Shown here: piece after piece, positions 18,831 through 28,133 of the stretch
Layout of the letters: every line of letters begins with the position of its first letter
How positions within the stretch are numbered: the stretch's first letter is position 1
Virus record (IMG/VR): IMGVR_UViG_3300022848_000005
From: a virus
Lineage: Duplodnaviria > Caudoviricetes
Direction: 5' to 3' (one strand)
DNA: 64,000 nt
The notes under the pieces: model-generated
The model's input: the letters and a program-made list of their open reading frames with translations, nothing else
The model's database searches: none
What the model was told of the DNA's origin: nothing
Translations under genes and position numbers: made by a program

Positions 18831-19362
18831 GCATCAAGAAACAGTAGAGAGCATTTGGCGCAAATATCAAATAGCTCTACAGCGATTAGATAAGGCTTTA
18901 GACGAACTAGAGCGTAAGCCTAAAGAAGTCGTTGTTGAAAAGGTAGTAGAGGTGTTTGTAGAGATCGAAAAGTTTGTTGAGGTAGAAGTAGAAAAAATAA
19001 AAGAGGTTGTTAAACCTGAATACTTTAGACTAGTTAAAGAAGAACTAGGTCTACAAGCAGACAATAACGATGCTCGGTACGCTAGTAAAACAGGCTTTGG
19101 TATTAAATTTCCAGAGCACCCCAACAAAGGCGACATGTTTTTACGTGTCGACAGTAAACCAACTAAATTATTCAAATACAATGGTAATAAATGGATAGAA
19201 GTTGACAAAGATAACACAGACATTTATACTTACGATGAAGAATATTTAAAGCACTTAATAGATCGTATTAACAAAGGCGATTATACACTAGAAGAACTAA
19301 CTGTAACTGAACAAGAACAACTCAAACGTTATCTAAAAAAGGAGACAGTCCTTGGTAAGTGA
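18823..19362 (+). CDS. Conserved hypothetical protein
   Basis: GFGIKFP..P.KGDMFLRVD..P.KLFKYNG.KWIE motif. Confidence 0.6.
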   Translation: MHKHQETVESIWRKYQIALQRLDKALDELERKPKEVVVEKVVEVFVEIEKFVEVEVEKIKEVVKPEYFRLVKEELGLQADNNDARYASKTGFGIKFPEHPNKGDMFLRVDSKPTKLFKYNGNKWIEVDKDNTDIYTYDEEYLKHLIDRINKGDYTLEELTVTEQEQLKRYLKKETVLGK

Positions 19363-19684
19363 AATTAATATTATATCGGCACCAGACAGACTGGACAGAG
19401 ACAGTAAAAAGTTTTTGTTGTTTGATATAAACATGGACGAGCTCATGGGAGTTAAGGAAACCTTTACTAACTTCGATATGAATATTGATTTTTATATATA
19501 CGGAAGTTATAGCGATGATGTAAAATGGCTAAGTAAAGTTGCTGAGATTGTGGACTACACTATAGTAAACAATACACAGTTAACAGAACATATAGATTTA
19601 AAAACAGAGTTACTTAAGAGTAAAAAAGCAATCTCAACAGACAGCCAAACCGTTTTAGAACTAATTTTAGAAAGATGCCAATGA
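19352..19684 (+). CDS. Hypothetical protein
   Basis: 110-aa ORF coupled to clpX. Confidence 0.5.
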   Translation: MVSEINIISAPDRLDRDSKKFLLFDINMDELMGVKETFTNFDMNIDFYIYGSYSDDVKWLSKVAEIVDYTIVNNTQLTEHIDLKTELLKSKKAISTDSQTVLELILERCQ

Positions 19685-20904
19685 ACACCAAGGATAAGCC
19701 AGAAGTAGTATGTAATTTCTGCGGCAAAAATAAAAGTGAAGTAGAAACGTTAATAATAAGCAATGATGTTGGTATTTGTGATGAATGTACAGAATTATGT
19801 ACTAATATCTTAGCGAAAGAAAAACAAGATAAAATCATACCAGAATTAAAGATCGCTGAGACCCTAGACCCTGTGGGAATAAAGAAACATTTAGACGAAC
19901 ACATTATTGGGCAGGATGAGGCAAAAACAGCTATTGCTGTAGCCGTGGTCAATCATTATAAAAGAGTGTTTAACAATACCAACATCAAGTTGGATAAGAG
20001 TAATTTATTATTGTTTGGTCCTACGGGAACAGGCAAAACATTATTAGCTAAGACTATCGCAGAATACCTCAAGGTGCCATTTGTTATTACTGATGCAACT
20101 AGTTTAACCGAAGCTGGTTACGTGGGCGAAGATGTAGAGAACGTTATAGAGCGTTTATTAGCAGAAGCAGGATTCGATCCCAGGAAATGTGAACAGGGTA
20201 TTGTGTTTATTGATGAGATAGATAAAATTGCACGTAAAGGCGAATCAAGTACTACTAGCAAGGACGTCTCAGGAGAGGGCGTTCAACAAGCACTTTTAAA
20301 GCTCGTTGAGGGCACCAAATGCAAAATATCAGTAAAAGCAAGCAAGAAAATGGTCGTTAGTGAGAGTGTAGACATAGACACAAGTAATATACTCTTTATC
20401 GCTGGTGGTGCATTTGTGGACTTAGAGAAAATTATCGAAAAACGTATCAATGCCACTGCTATTGGTTTTGGCAGCAAACTTAAAAGTAAAGGAACAGATA
20501 GAAGTCAGATTATACACGAGGACTTTGTTAAGTTTGGTATGATACCAGAATTTACGGGCAGATTTCCTGTTATAGTGCATACAAATGACTTGACACTAGA
20601 CGACTATGTTGCTATACTTAAAGAGCCTAAACACAATTTATTAGCACAAATGAAATTTTACTTTGGTGTTGATAACATTAAATTAAACTTTGATAGTGGT
20701 TCATTAAGAGCCATTGCCGAAGAAGCAGTAAAATTAAAAGTAGGTGCTCGAGGACTTAAGGCTGTGTTAGAACGAATATTACAGCCTTATATGTTTGACA
20801 TGGCCGAAATTAAAAAGAATCACATTAAGAGTATTACTATTACCGAAAAAGTTATTAAGGACAACAAAAAAGCAAACTTTAAATATGAAATACCAAAAAA
20901 ATAA
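19681..20904 (+). CDS. clpX: ClpX AAA+ unfoldase
   Basis: C4 zinc finger (CNFCGK...CDEC), Walker A GPTGTGKT, EAGYVGEDVE, IDEIDK, DVSGEGVQQALLK, IGF loop and GARGL. Confidence 0.97.
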   Translation: MNTKDKPEVVCNFCGKNKSEVETLIISNDVGICDECTELCTNILAKEKQDKIIPELKIAETLDPVGIKKHLDEHIIGQDEAKTAIAVAVVNHYKRVFNNTNIKLDKSNLLLFGPTGTGKTLLAKTIAEYLKVPFVITDATSLTEAGYVGEDVENVIERLLAEAGFDPRKCEQGIVFIDEIDKIARKGESSTTSKDVSGEGVQQALLKLVEGTKCKISVKASKKMVVSESVDIDTSNILFIAGGAFVDLEKIIEKRINATAIGFGSKLKSKGTDRSQIIHEDFVKFGMIPEFTGRFPVIVHTNDLTLDDYVAILKEPKHNLLAQMKFYFGVDNIKLNFDSGSLRAIAEEAVKLKVGARGLKAVLERILQPYMFDMAEIKKNHIKSITITEKVIKDNKKANFKYEIPKK

Positions 20905-21136
20905 TCAATTTGATGCACACCTATCAGGCACATCAGTGTTCGTTAAAGATGGTAATGTGGAAACAGCATTACGCAAACTAAAGAAAAAAGTGCAAGAAAG
21001 CGGAAAATTACAACAGGTGCAGGATAAAACTGAGTATATTAAACCAACAACTCTCCGCAAACGAAAAGCCGCCCAAGCACGTAAACGTTGGCTTAAACAA
21101 CTTGCTTTGGAAAAATTACCCGAAAAGAAATATTGA
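20885..21136 (+). CDS. rpsU: Ribosomal protein bS21
   Basis: V.VKDGNVETALRKLKKKV...EYIKPTTLRKRK..QARKRW; ATG at 20885. Confidence 0.88.
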   Translation: MKYQKNNQFDAHLSGTSVFVKDGNVETALRKLKKKVQESGKLQQVQDKTEYIKPTTLRKRKAAQARKRWLKQLALEKLPEKKY

Positions 21137-21163
21137 CTTATACAGAAAGACCCTGTATAAATA
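21133..21163 (+). promoter_or_regulatory. Composite early (TTGACT-N17-TATAAA) and late (TATAAATA) promoter for hsp20
   Basis: TTGACT at 21133-21138 and TATAAATA at 21156-21163. Confidence 0.65.
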
Positions 21164-21179
21164 AATGTGTACAAAGGAT

Positions 21180-21254
21180 GAACCGGAGTACATTTACCGG
21201 CACGCCGAAAGGGTGCTACAATTAATCTTGCTTAATATTAAGGAGAAAACAATG
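21180..21254 (+). promoter_or_regulatory. ROSE-like RNA thermometer in the hsp20 leader
   Basis: TCTTGCTT-aatatt-AAGGAGA hairpin pairs the UUGCU motif with the SD; upstream GCAC-g-CC-GAAA-GG-GTGC hairpin. Confidence 0.6.
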
Positions 21255-21704
21255 ACAAGACTAACAACTCTAGACCTACCACACTTCCACAGAGCCACTA
21301 TTGGCTTTGATAGACTGTTTAACGAAATGGAAAGACAATTTGCAAATAGTCCAAATGGAAATGGTTACCCCCCATACAACATAGCACAAATTAACGAAGA
21401 TGAGTATATGATTTCGTTAGCAGTTGCTGGCTTTGGTATGGAGAATCTTGAGGTTACTACAGATGGTGATCAACTAAAGATTGAAGGAACTGCTCCTAAA
21501 GGAGACGAAGATGTCAACTACCTACACAAAGGTATTGGCGGCCGCAACTTCCGCAGAGAGTTCACACTCGCTGACCATGTTAAGGTAGCAAACGCTACAC
21601 TTGAGTTGGGTATGTTGAATGTGCATTTAGTGCGTGAAGTACCAGACGCATTAAAACCTAAAACAATCAAGATCACTGATTCAACAGTAACCGACAGCAA
21701 ATAA
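21252..21704 (+). CDS. hsp20: Small heat-shock protein (Hsp20/IbpA-like)
   Basis: IGFDRLF, YPPYNI, LAVAGF, YLHKGIGGRNF and G.L.V.L motifs; ATG 21252 after AAGGAG. Confidence 0.95.
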   Translation: MTRLTTLDLPHFHRATIGFDRLFNEMERQFANSPNGNGYPPYNIAQINEDEYMISLAVAGFGMENLEVTTDGDQLKIEGTAPKGDEDVNYLHKGIGGRNFRREFTLADHVKVANATLELGMLNVHLVREVPDALKPKTIKITDSTVTDSK

Positions 21705-21712
21705 ACAGTCTA

Positions 21713-21734
21713 GGGGGAGTGAAATATCTCCCCC
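21713..21734 (+). terminator. Stem-loop after hsp20
   Basis: GGGGGAG-tgaaatat-CTCCCCC; weak U-tract. Confidence 0.5.
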
Positions 21735-21749
21735 ACATATAGAAAGACA

Positions 21750-22058
21750 GTGATGCCAGACATAAAAGAAGTAGATTCAAAACCAGCAGTAAATGAGAAG
21801 GTTAAAGAACCGTCAATGTTTAATGTTATCTATCTAAATGATAACGAAACCACTGTAGAATTTGTAATTACCACTTTAATCTCAATATTTTCTTACGACC
21901 CAACTGATGCTACCGATATAACACAAAAAATACACGAGTATGGCAGTGCAATTGTAGCAACTTATCCATACGAAATTGCAGAACAAAAAGGCGTGGAAGT
22001 AACACTACTTGCACGTAATCATAATTTTCCGTTACAAGTAAAACTAGAAGCAGATTAA
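21750..22058 (+). CDS. clpS: ClpS N-degron adaptor
   Basis: P.MFNVIYLNDNETTVEFV...IH..G.A.V..YP.EIAE.K...FPL motif. Confidence 0.92.
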   Translation: MMPDIKEVDSKPAVNEKVKEPSMFNVIYLNDNETTVEFVITTLISIFSYDPTDATDITQKIHEYGSAIVATYPYEIAEQKGVEVTLLARNHNFPLQVKLEAD

Positions 22059-22059
22059 T

Positions 22060-22587
22060 ATGGATGTAATGATAGATATCGAAACTCTGGCAACTCAGCC
22101 CGACGCAGTTATACTCACAATAGGTGCGTTGAAGTTTGATCCCAAATCAAACGCTGAAGGTAACACCATTTACCATAGGCTAGATGTAGATTCTCAAATT
22201 AAAATGGGACGTCGTGTCGACGAAGACACTTGTGCTTGGTGGGGCAAACAAACACTGGCAGTTAGAGAAGAAGCTTTGGGAACGAGTAACAGAGATCCAC
22301 TCGATGTGGTATTTGACAGCATATCAAGATTTATGGTTGGCGTAGATAATATATGGGCACAAGGCCCGGTATTTGATATTGCATTAATGGAGAACCTATT
22401 GCGTCAAGTTAAAAGACCTTGTCCATGGCACTACTGGCAAATTAGAGATTCTAGAACATTATTCAAATTACTCAACGAAGATCCAAGACCCAAAAATTTT
22501 GAAGGTGCGCATAATGCACTAACTGACTGTTACTATCAGGCCAAGGCAGTTCAAAAAGTTTTTAGACAACTAGGCCTTAATCGTTAA
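22060..22587 (+). CDS. DEDD 3'-5' exo(ribo)nuclease (Rv2179c/DUF5051-like)
   Basis: MIDIETL, WAQG..FD, IRDSRT and HNALTD motifs. Confidence 0.88.
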   Translation: MDVMIDIETLATQPDAVILTIGALKFDPKSNAEGNTIYHRLDVDSQIKMGRRVDEDTCAWWGKQTLAVREEALGTSNRDPLDVVFDSISRFMVGVDNIWAQGPVFDIALMENLLRQVKRPCPWHYWQIRDSRTLFKLLNEDPRPKNFEGAHNALTDCYYQAKAVQKVFRQLGLNR

Positions 22588-22615
22588 ATATTGTATTAAT
22601 ATATAGGAAAAAACA

Positions 22616-23209
22616 ATGACTAAGTCGCAAAAGAAAGTTGGATTTGCACTGTTAATCGCATTTTTTATATCAGCGTTAATGTTTATTGGCTGGTTAATTA
22701 CTACGTCAGTGTTGGCACAAGAGTACACAGAAGATAACCCTCTTCAATTAGAAGATGGGACGGAACTAACAGGTGACATATTAGATATTACCCCACACCC
22801 TACCAGTAGATACGGCCAACTGGAGAACGACACCAAAGGCTGGCGACAAGTGGGTCATGTAGATAATAGACGATTGTATCTTAACATAGATAAAATTGAG
22901 AAAGTCACAATATATAGACACGTTTGGGTAATGTTTGAATTTACAGATGGTCCAAAAGTAATACCAGGATACGCCGTGGGTGTTATCAAAGTAGTTAGTG
23001 AAGCAACTATTGAGTGCTCAAGTGGGCTAGTGCAACCTTTGCGAGATTATTATGTTGACAAAGACTGGGTTATCAGAACACAAACAATTTATGAAACTGG
23101 ACAAGCAAGGAGTTTTGCTAAAGCCAAAGGCAGTATTGCATGGGCAATGAAAGCGGTGGCATGTCATGGTGCTTCAATAGAAGATGTACAGATAGGAAAA
23201 GGCGCATGA
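22616..23209 (+). CDS. Exported/membrane-anchored hypothetical protein
   Basis: N-terminal hydrophobic helix and a Cys pair. Confidence 0.5.
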   Translation: MTKSQKKVGFALLIAFFISALMFIGWLITTSVLAQEYTEDNPLQLEDGTELTGDILDITPHPTSRYGQLENDTKGWRQVGHVDNRRLYLNIDKIEKVTIYRHVWVMFEFTDGPKVIPGYAVGVIKVVSEATIECSSGLVQPLRDYYVDKDWVIRTQTIYETGQARSFAKAKGSIAWAMKAVACHGASIEDVQIGKGA

Positions 23210-23541
23210 ATGTAGTTTTTACTAAGGAATCGGCAGACAAGTTAGCGGAAACTTACACAGTATTACCGTTACCCCCAATCACACAAACAGAGGGAGAAAA
23301 AACTGTCACAGTGGAACCTCACGTTATTATAGACATGGATAAAGTACCATTGCAAGAAATATCAAGTCTAGAAGAATGGTGTGGTCTACACAGAGAGGTG
23401 GTTAAGAACCATATTAAACAGGATTATAGTTTTTGTGAACAAGCCATAAGTCATCTGATGGGGAAATTTAAAGGCGAACTAGACAGTTATTATAAACACA
23501 TACTAACAGAGGCGGGGAATTCATCTGATGATGTATATTGA
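23206..23541 (+). CDS. Conserved hypothetical protein
   Basis: ATGA-coupled start at 23206 (MNVVFTKESADKL). Confidence 0.55.
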   Translation: MNVVFTKESADKLAETYTVLPLPPITQTEGEKTVTVEPHVIIDMDKVPLQEISSLEEWCGLHREVVKNHIKQDYSFCEQAISHLMGKFKGELDSYYKHILTEAGNSSDDVY

Positions 23542-24067
23542 GCAATTAGATATCCCCAGTATACCTAAGGAAGTAATATCAGAACTGTTACAAACAAATC
23601 CAGATACCGGTATATACTCTTATAAGTTTGATCCAGAGTTCAGTAATGTGGCAACGTTTAAAATTTACAACGTGGATTTGTCTCGTCTTAAAACAACGTG
23701 GTTTAAAGATAATGGACAGGACAAGTTTAACTGGATAATACAGATACTGGAAAAAGGTTCCTATCTTGTGCCTCACAGAGACGACCATAGAGACTTTACT
23801 ATATCGTATATTATTGATCCTGGTGGGGATAATGTTAGTACTTGTTTTTATAAAAAATTGTTAGATAAACAATATCTACCAATTAAAGCAGTACCCAGAG
23901 ACGAGATAGAACTAGTGTATTCTAAAGTATTAAAGCGTGATAAATGGTATAAGTTATCAGTACAGGAGATACACAGTGTTGAAAACTTAGAGTCTATTAG
24001 AGTATGTTTAATAAGGCAATTACCTGAAGAACCTATATTCTATGGAAATGTGCCTATTTCAAAATAG
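23528..24067 (+). CDS. 2OG-Fe(II) oxygenase/cupin-like protein
   Basis: LVPHRDDHR (HxD) and distal IHSVEN. Confidence 0.6.
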   Translation: MMYIEQLDIPSIPKEVISELLQTNPDTGIYSYKFDPEFSNVATFKIYNVDLSRLKTTWFKDNGQDKFNWIIQILEKGSYLVPHRDDHRDFTISYIIDPGGDNVSTCFYKKLLDKQYLPIKAVPRDEIELVYSKVLKRDKWYKLSVQEIHSVENLESIRVCLIRQLPEEPIFYGNVPISK

Positions 24068-24107
24068 GCATAAATACATTGAATAACTAATTTAAGGATT
24101 GACCGAC

Positions 24108-24731
24108 ATGGCAAAGCAAGTATTAAGTTTAGGGGAAGGTGTTACGGTTCGTAATGTAGATTACGATTTCGAAAGTCAGACTACAAGTCAGGAAGGTGCA
24201 AACGGACATACCTACTTGGCCTTAGGGGCTGGCCCCACCGATGGGATGACCAAGACAATTACAGATAATGCTGTTGTTAGTAATGCGTTATCATATGAAT
24301 TCTTGCAATTGATATATGGCGTAGGATTAAGTGTTGACTCTATAGAAATATATAAGATTCCTCAAAACTACGATGGATATCCACAAAATTCAACAACTGC
24401 TGGTGAAATGTGTGTTATTGTAGAACAATGGGGCGGGGATGCCCTGGTCACAGGATCTTATGATGTAACTGGTAAGACTGCTACTGAGCAGGGCGGCGCC
24501 TGCAATGTTTATGTTAACGATGGCGCAGGCACAGAAGAAGCAAACTGGAAATACTGTAGTGAACTTACAGCAATAGACTCAGTAACTGATAGCACACCTA
24601 CCATAATGCAATTTAATCTGCCTACTAACAGCACAAATGGCGCTGGTGCAGTAGGCTGGGCAGTATGTGTGTTCCTAATAGGGGCGACTACACTGGCAGA
24701 ACATCAAACAGCATTAGCTGATTACATTTAA
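24108..24731 (+). CDS. Late-expressed hypothetical protein, probably structural
   Basis: ATAAATA at 24070-24076, AAGGA RBS and a terminator downstream. Confidence 0.55.
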   Translation: MAKQVLSLGEGVTVRNVDYDFESQTTSQEGANGHTYLALGAGPTDGMTKTITDNAVVSNALSYEFLQLIYGVGLSVDSIEIYKIPQNYDGYPQNSTTAGEMCVIVEQWGGDALVTGSYDVTGKTATEQGGACNVYVNDGAGTEEANWKYCSELTAIDSVTDSTPTIMQFNLPTNSTNGAGAVGWAVCVFLIGATTLAEHQTALADYI

Positions 24732-24745
24732 CCGTTGTTAACAAA

Positions 24746-24774
24746 ATAAAAAGGCACGTGATGTGTCTTTTTAT
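24746..24774 (+). terminator. Rho-independent terminator
   Basis: ATAAAAAGGCAC-gtgat-GTGTCTTTTTAT. Confidence 0.7.
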
Positions 24775-24782
24775 TCTTTGCG

Positions 24783-25439
24783 ATGAGATATACCAGATAT
24801 AAATTTCCATACCTTGACAATATAATCGATCCTGATGTTGACTTAGACAGTTTACACATTGTTTGGTCTGAGAAATATAAATCTAGGTTTGTGGTTGATT
24901 CAAAAAACCGTGCAAACCTGCCAGCCGAATACGCCTATAAAATACTTAGTGCAGACTTTTTGTCTTTTATACATAATGAGTTACCTTGGCAAATAAGTCA
25001 TTTAGAGATATATCCCTTACCACCCAACACAAATTGTGTTATTGTACAAGAGGTCGTCGAAGAAAACAGAAATAATATAGGGTTGTATATGACAACAGGT
25101 GGCGTGTCATGGAATATACATGACATAACTGGTTTTAGACGTCGACAGGTTAGTAGGCCAGACTATACAACAGAAGCATGGCCCACATTTTGTGCCTTTT
25201 CTAAACCAGTAACAGATGCTGAGCCATCTGACAAGTGGCTTGATAGTAGCGAAATGCCAATTTTAGAGACATATAAAAATTGTGGTTTTATAGGGAACGG
25301 TTCTGTTCCGCATTCGTTGCGCTCAGACAACTCAGAAAAATCTGTATTTTTTATAATATCGTTTGAGATTGCTTTTGATAATAATATACCATTGCTGTAT
25401 AAACAACTTGGTGATGTATTTAAAAAGTGGGCTATTTAA
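24783..25439 (+). CDS. Hypothetical protein (possible cupin-like)
   Basis: 218-aa ORF with a distal PHS motif. Confidence 0.4.
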   Translation: MRYTRYKFPYLDNIIDPDVDLDSLHIVWSEKYKSRFVVDSKNRANLPAEYAYKILSADFLSFIHNELPWQISHLEIYPLPPNTNCVIVQEVVEENRNNIGLYMTTGGVSWNIHDITGFRRRQVSRPDYTTEAWPTFCAFSKPVTDAEPSDKWLDSSEMPILETYKNCGFIGNGSVPHSLRSDNSEKSVFFIISFEIAFDNNIPLLYKQLGDVFKKWAI

Positions 25440-26625
25440 ATTTCCATCTTTCTCTAAACTGTTTCCCTGCATTACCTGGTAATGTGTTAACACTCCCCAG
25501 TTCACCATCTATTACTTTTAAGTCAGGGTGTCTTGCATAATGCTGTTGCTTATTCTGTAACAGATTATCCGCTATTTCAAAGTTATCCAATAGCTCTTGC
25601 CAACATATATCAAATAATGTATTATAAAAGTGATTAAAGTTATAATCTAAAATAGGCAACATTTCTAGATACATCCTACGTTTGTCTGTTGCTGACAAGT
25701 TACATATACTTTTTATCTGTTTAATTACCATATCTAATCTAATAGCGGGATCTGTTTCTGTATCGTAACTCTCATCAATAAATCCGTCAAATGTCTTAAA
25801 ACCATATGAACGTAAGTACTCTAAGTTGCCTGTACAGCCTAATAGCATAAACGGTTGTCTAGCAACGATAGGTTTAAATATTTTTTCGGTAAGATGATTT
25901 GTTTTTTCGTAAAAGCAGGTCTCACTGACTATATGCCAAAAACCACTTGTCCAGAGATCGTACTCTAGTTCAGCACTTGCATTGTCACGTAGGTAATTGG
26001 TCTTTTGTATCCTAAAAGTGGGACTACGCTCTGACATCTTTTTAATAAGTTTTTTATCTTGCTCTGAAATAAATGTGTTATTGTCATAGTCCTTAAGATT
26101 GTATGAAACAACACCTTCCCCTAACAGCCCTTGATCATACAGTTTTGCCACAAACAACGATCTATAAATTCTTGATTCAGAGCACAGGTTATTTAAACTT
26201 ATATAACTTGCTCCTTGACTGACATCGACCCTGGGGGAAAATTTTGCACTTCTAAACCAGTCAAGACTAGCAAATGCATGATAAAAATAATACCATTTAA
26301 TTAAGTTATTCTTGTTACAAAATGCATCTAACAAGGGATTATTAACCTCGCTAGTTGCCCATATATTATACTTTAAATCCCACCTGCCATCTTGTAGTTT
26401 ACGCACGACGTCATACATACTTTGCGGTATCTGCGTACTAATCCCAAAAGGTTCTTGGTCATAAAAATACACATCTTCAAGTTGAAACAGTGAAGAATCT
26501 GGATACTTTAGCATGTCGTTATTTGATTCACACGTATCAAAGCTCTTTAAAGCATGCCCTTGTAAATGCTTATTTGATAACAAGTTGGCGTATAGGATGT
26601 CATAATGGTGGTCAATATTAAACAT
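25432..26625 (-). CDS. Putative glycosyltransferase (exostosin/GT-B-like phage family)
   Basis: HIVSETCFY...HLTEKIFKPI...PFMLLG...LRSYGFKTF...DESYD; paralog of 32020..33141. Confidence 0.55.
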   Translation of the reverse strand: MFNIDHHYDILYANLLSNKHLQGHALKSFDTCESNNDMLKYPDSSLFQLEDVYFYDQEPFGISTQIPQSMYDVVRKLQDGRWDLKYNIWATSEVNNPLLDAFCNKNNLIKWYYFYHAFASLDWFRSAKFSPRVDVSQGASYISLNNLCSESRIYRSLFVAKLYDQGLLGEGVVSYNLKDYDNNTFISEQDKKLIKKMSERSPTFRIQKTNYLRDNASAELEYDLWTSGFWHIVSETCFYEKTNHLTEKIFKPIVARQPFMLLGCTGNLEYLRSYGFKTFDGFIDESYDTETDPAIRLDMVIKQIKSICNLSATDKRRMYLEMLPILDYNFNHFYNTLFDICWQELLDNFEIADNLLQNKQQHYARHPDLKVIDGELGSVNTLPGNAGKQFRERWKFK

Positions 26626-26673
26626 ACAAGTGTTTGGGGCCTATTAAGTAGTAAATACAAATAAGTAGTATAT

Positions 26674-27135
26674 TTGAGGATAAAAGTGAAGTACCTATTA
26701 ATGTTTTTATTTATGGCCTCAGTGGCATCTGCAGACAATTTAACGTTTAATTATAAGAGCCCTGCGTTTACAGGAAACGGGTATAGTGCGCATGTGCTAA
26801 CTATTGAACAGTTAGAGTCTAATAGAAGAACTGAAAACGATAAAAAAGCAAAGGCTTCGTCTGATGAATCAGAGCGAGATTTGCGAGCCACAAATACCTG
26901 GAAGTTTCAGAATAACCTGGAATCTAGGATCTACAGTCAGCTCAGTAAGCAAATTAGTGATAGCCTTTTTGGTGAGGCGGCGGCGGCAGCTGATGCTGAA
27001 GGAATAGTAACAACACCGTTTGGTGACACAGTAGCATGGTCTCGTATTGATGGTGTTATATCTGTAACAGTGTCTGACAGTAATGGGTCGATATTATCCA
27101 CATTTTCTGTACCTGTAGGAGACTTTTCTTTCTAA
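26674..27135 (+). CDS. csgF: CsgF-like curli assembly factor
   Basis: Signal peptide, then LTFNYKSPAFTGNGY...IEQLE (CsgF N-terminal F.NP.F.G motif); directly upstream of csgG. Confidence 0.75.
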   Translation: MRIKVKYLLMFLFMASVASADNLTFNYKSPAFTGNGYSAHVLTIEQLESNRRTENDKKAKASSDESERDLRATNTWKFQNNLESRIYSQLSKQISDSLFGEAAAAADAEGIVTTPFGDTVAWSRIDGVISVTVSDSNGSILSTFSVPVGDFSF

Positions 27136-27136
27136 T

Positions 27137-28027
27137 ATGAAAATCTTGATGATGTTAATGGCAACACTGTTAGTTTCAGGATGTGCAACTGTCGCTGGTA
27201 AAACATCCTTTGAAGCACCTACAATTGTACAGAGCCAAGACGAAATGTTTTATAATATCCCGCCTCCTGCACAAGGACCTATATACATTGCTGTTTATTC
27301 GTTTGAAGACAAAACAGGTCAACGTAAACCCAGTGAGCGTTTTTCAAACATATCTACAGCAGTAACACAGGGGTCGGTTGAATGGGTAATTAAAAGTCTT
27401 AAAGAAGTAGGCAACGGTGAGTGGTTTAAGGTTATTGAGCGTGTTGGCTTAGACAACCTAACTAAAGAGAGACAGATTATTAGGCAACAAAGACAAGCAG
27501 TTGACGATCAAAGTACACTTAAGCCATTAAAATATGCAGGAATTTTACTGGAAGGTGCTATAGTAGGGTACGATAGTAATATAAAAACAGGCGGTAGTGG
27601 TGCAAGATATTTAGGAATAGGATTACACCAGGAGTATAGGGAGGATGTAGTAACAGTTGCGATGCGAGTTATTTCTACTCAGACTGGTGAGGTATTAGTG
27701 GCAGTTACTGCTAGTAAGACTATTATAAGTTATGGCACTAGTCTATCAGCATTTAGATTTATTGATATGGGAACACGTGCCGTAGAGATAGAAGCTGGTA
27801 ACTACACAAACGAGCCTACCACAGTTGCAGTTCAACGAGTTATTGACGCCGCAGTAATAGAAATGATTATGCAAGGCAAAGCAAATGGGTACTGGGACTT
27901 TAAAAACTCAGAGGTCACTGTATCATCTGACAGAATAGAAAATGTGTCAAAACAGCTGTCAGAGGTCGAAATGTTACAAGAAGAGTATGAAAAACAGCTA
28001 AAACTAATAGAAAAGAACCCACTTTGA
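27137..28027 (+). CDS. csgG: CsgG curli secretion channel lipoprotein
   Basis: Lipobox LVSGC; IAVYSFEDKTGQRKP, STAVTQG, FKVIERVGLDNLTKERQIIR and LEGAIVGYD motifs. Confidence 0.92.
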   Translation: MKILMMLMATLLVSGCATVAGKTSFEAPTIVQSQDEMFYNIPPPAQGPIYIAVYSFEDKTGQRKPSERFSNISTAVTQGSVEWVIKSLKEVGNGEWFKVIERVGLDNLTKERQIIRQQRQAVDDQSTLKPLKYAGILLEGAIVGYDSNIKTGGSGARYLGIGLHQEYREDVVTVAMRVISTQTGEVLVAVTASKTIISYGTSLSAFRFIDMGTRAVEIEAGNYTNEPTTVAVQRVIDAAVIEMIMQGKANGYWDFKNSEVTVSSDRIENVSKQLSEVEMLQEEYEKQLKLIEKNPL

Positions 28028-28133
28028 AATAGTGCTATGTATTTATTTGTGCAGTATTATTTAAATAGCAATAAGTGTTATATCATCACTATGATCTGAT
28101 ATGTGTGGCTACATGGCCAAGGGAAGAGGAAAA

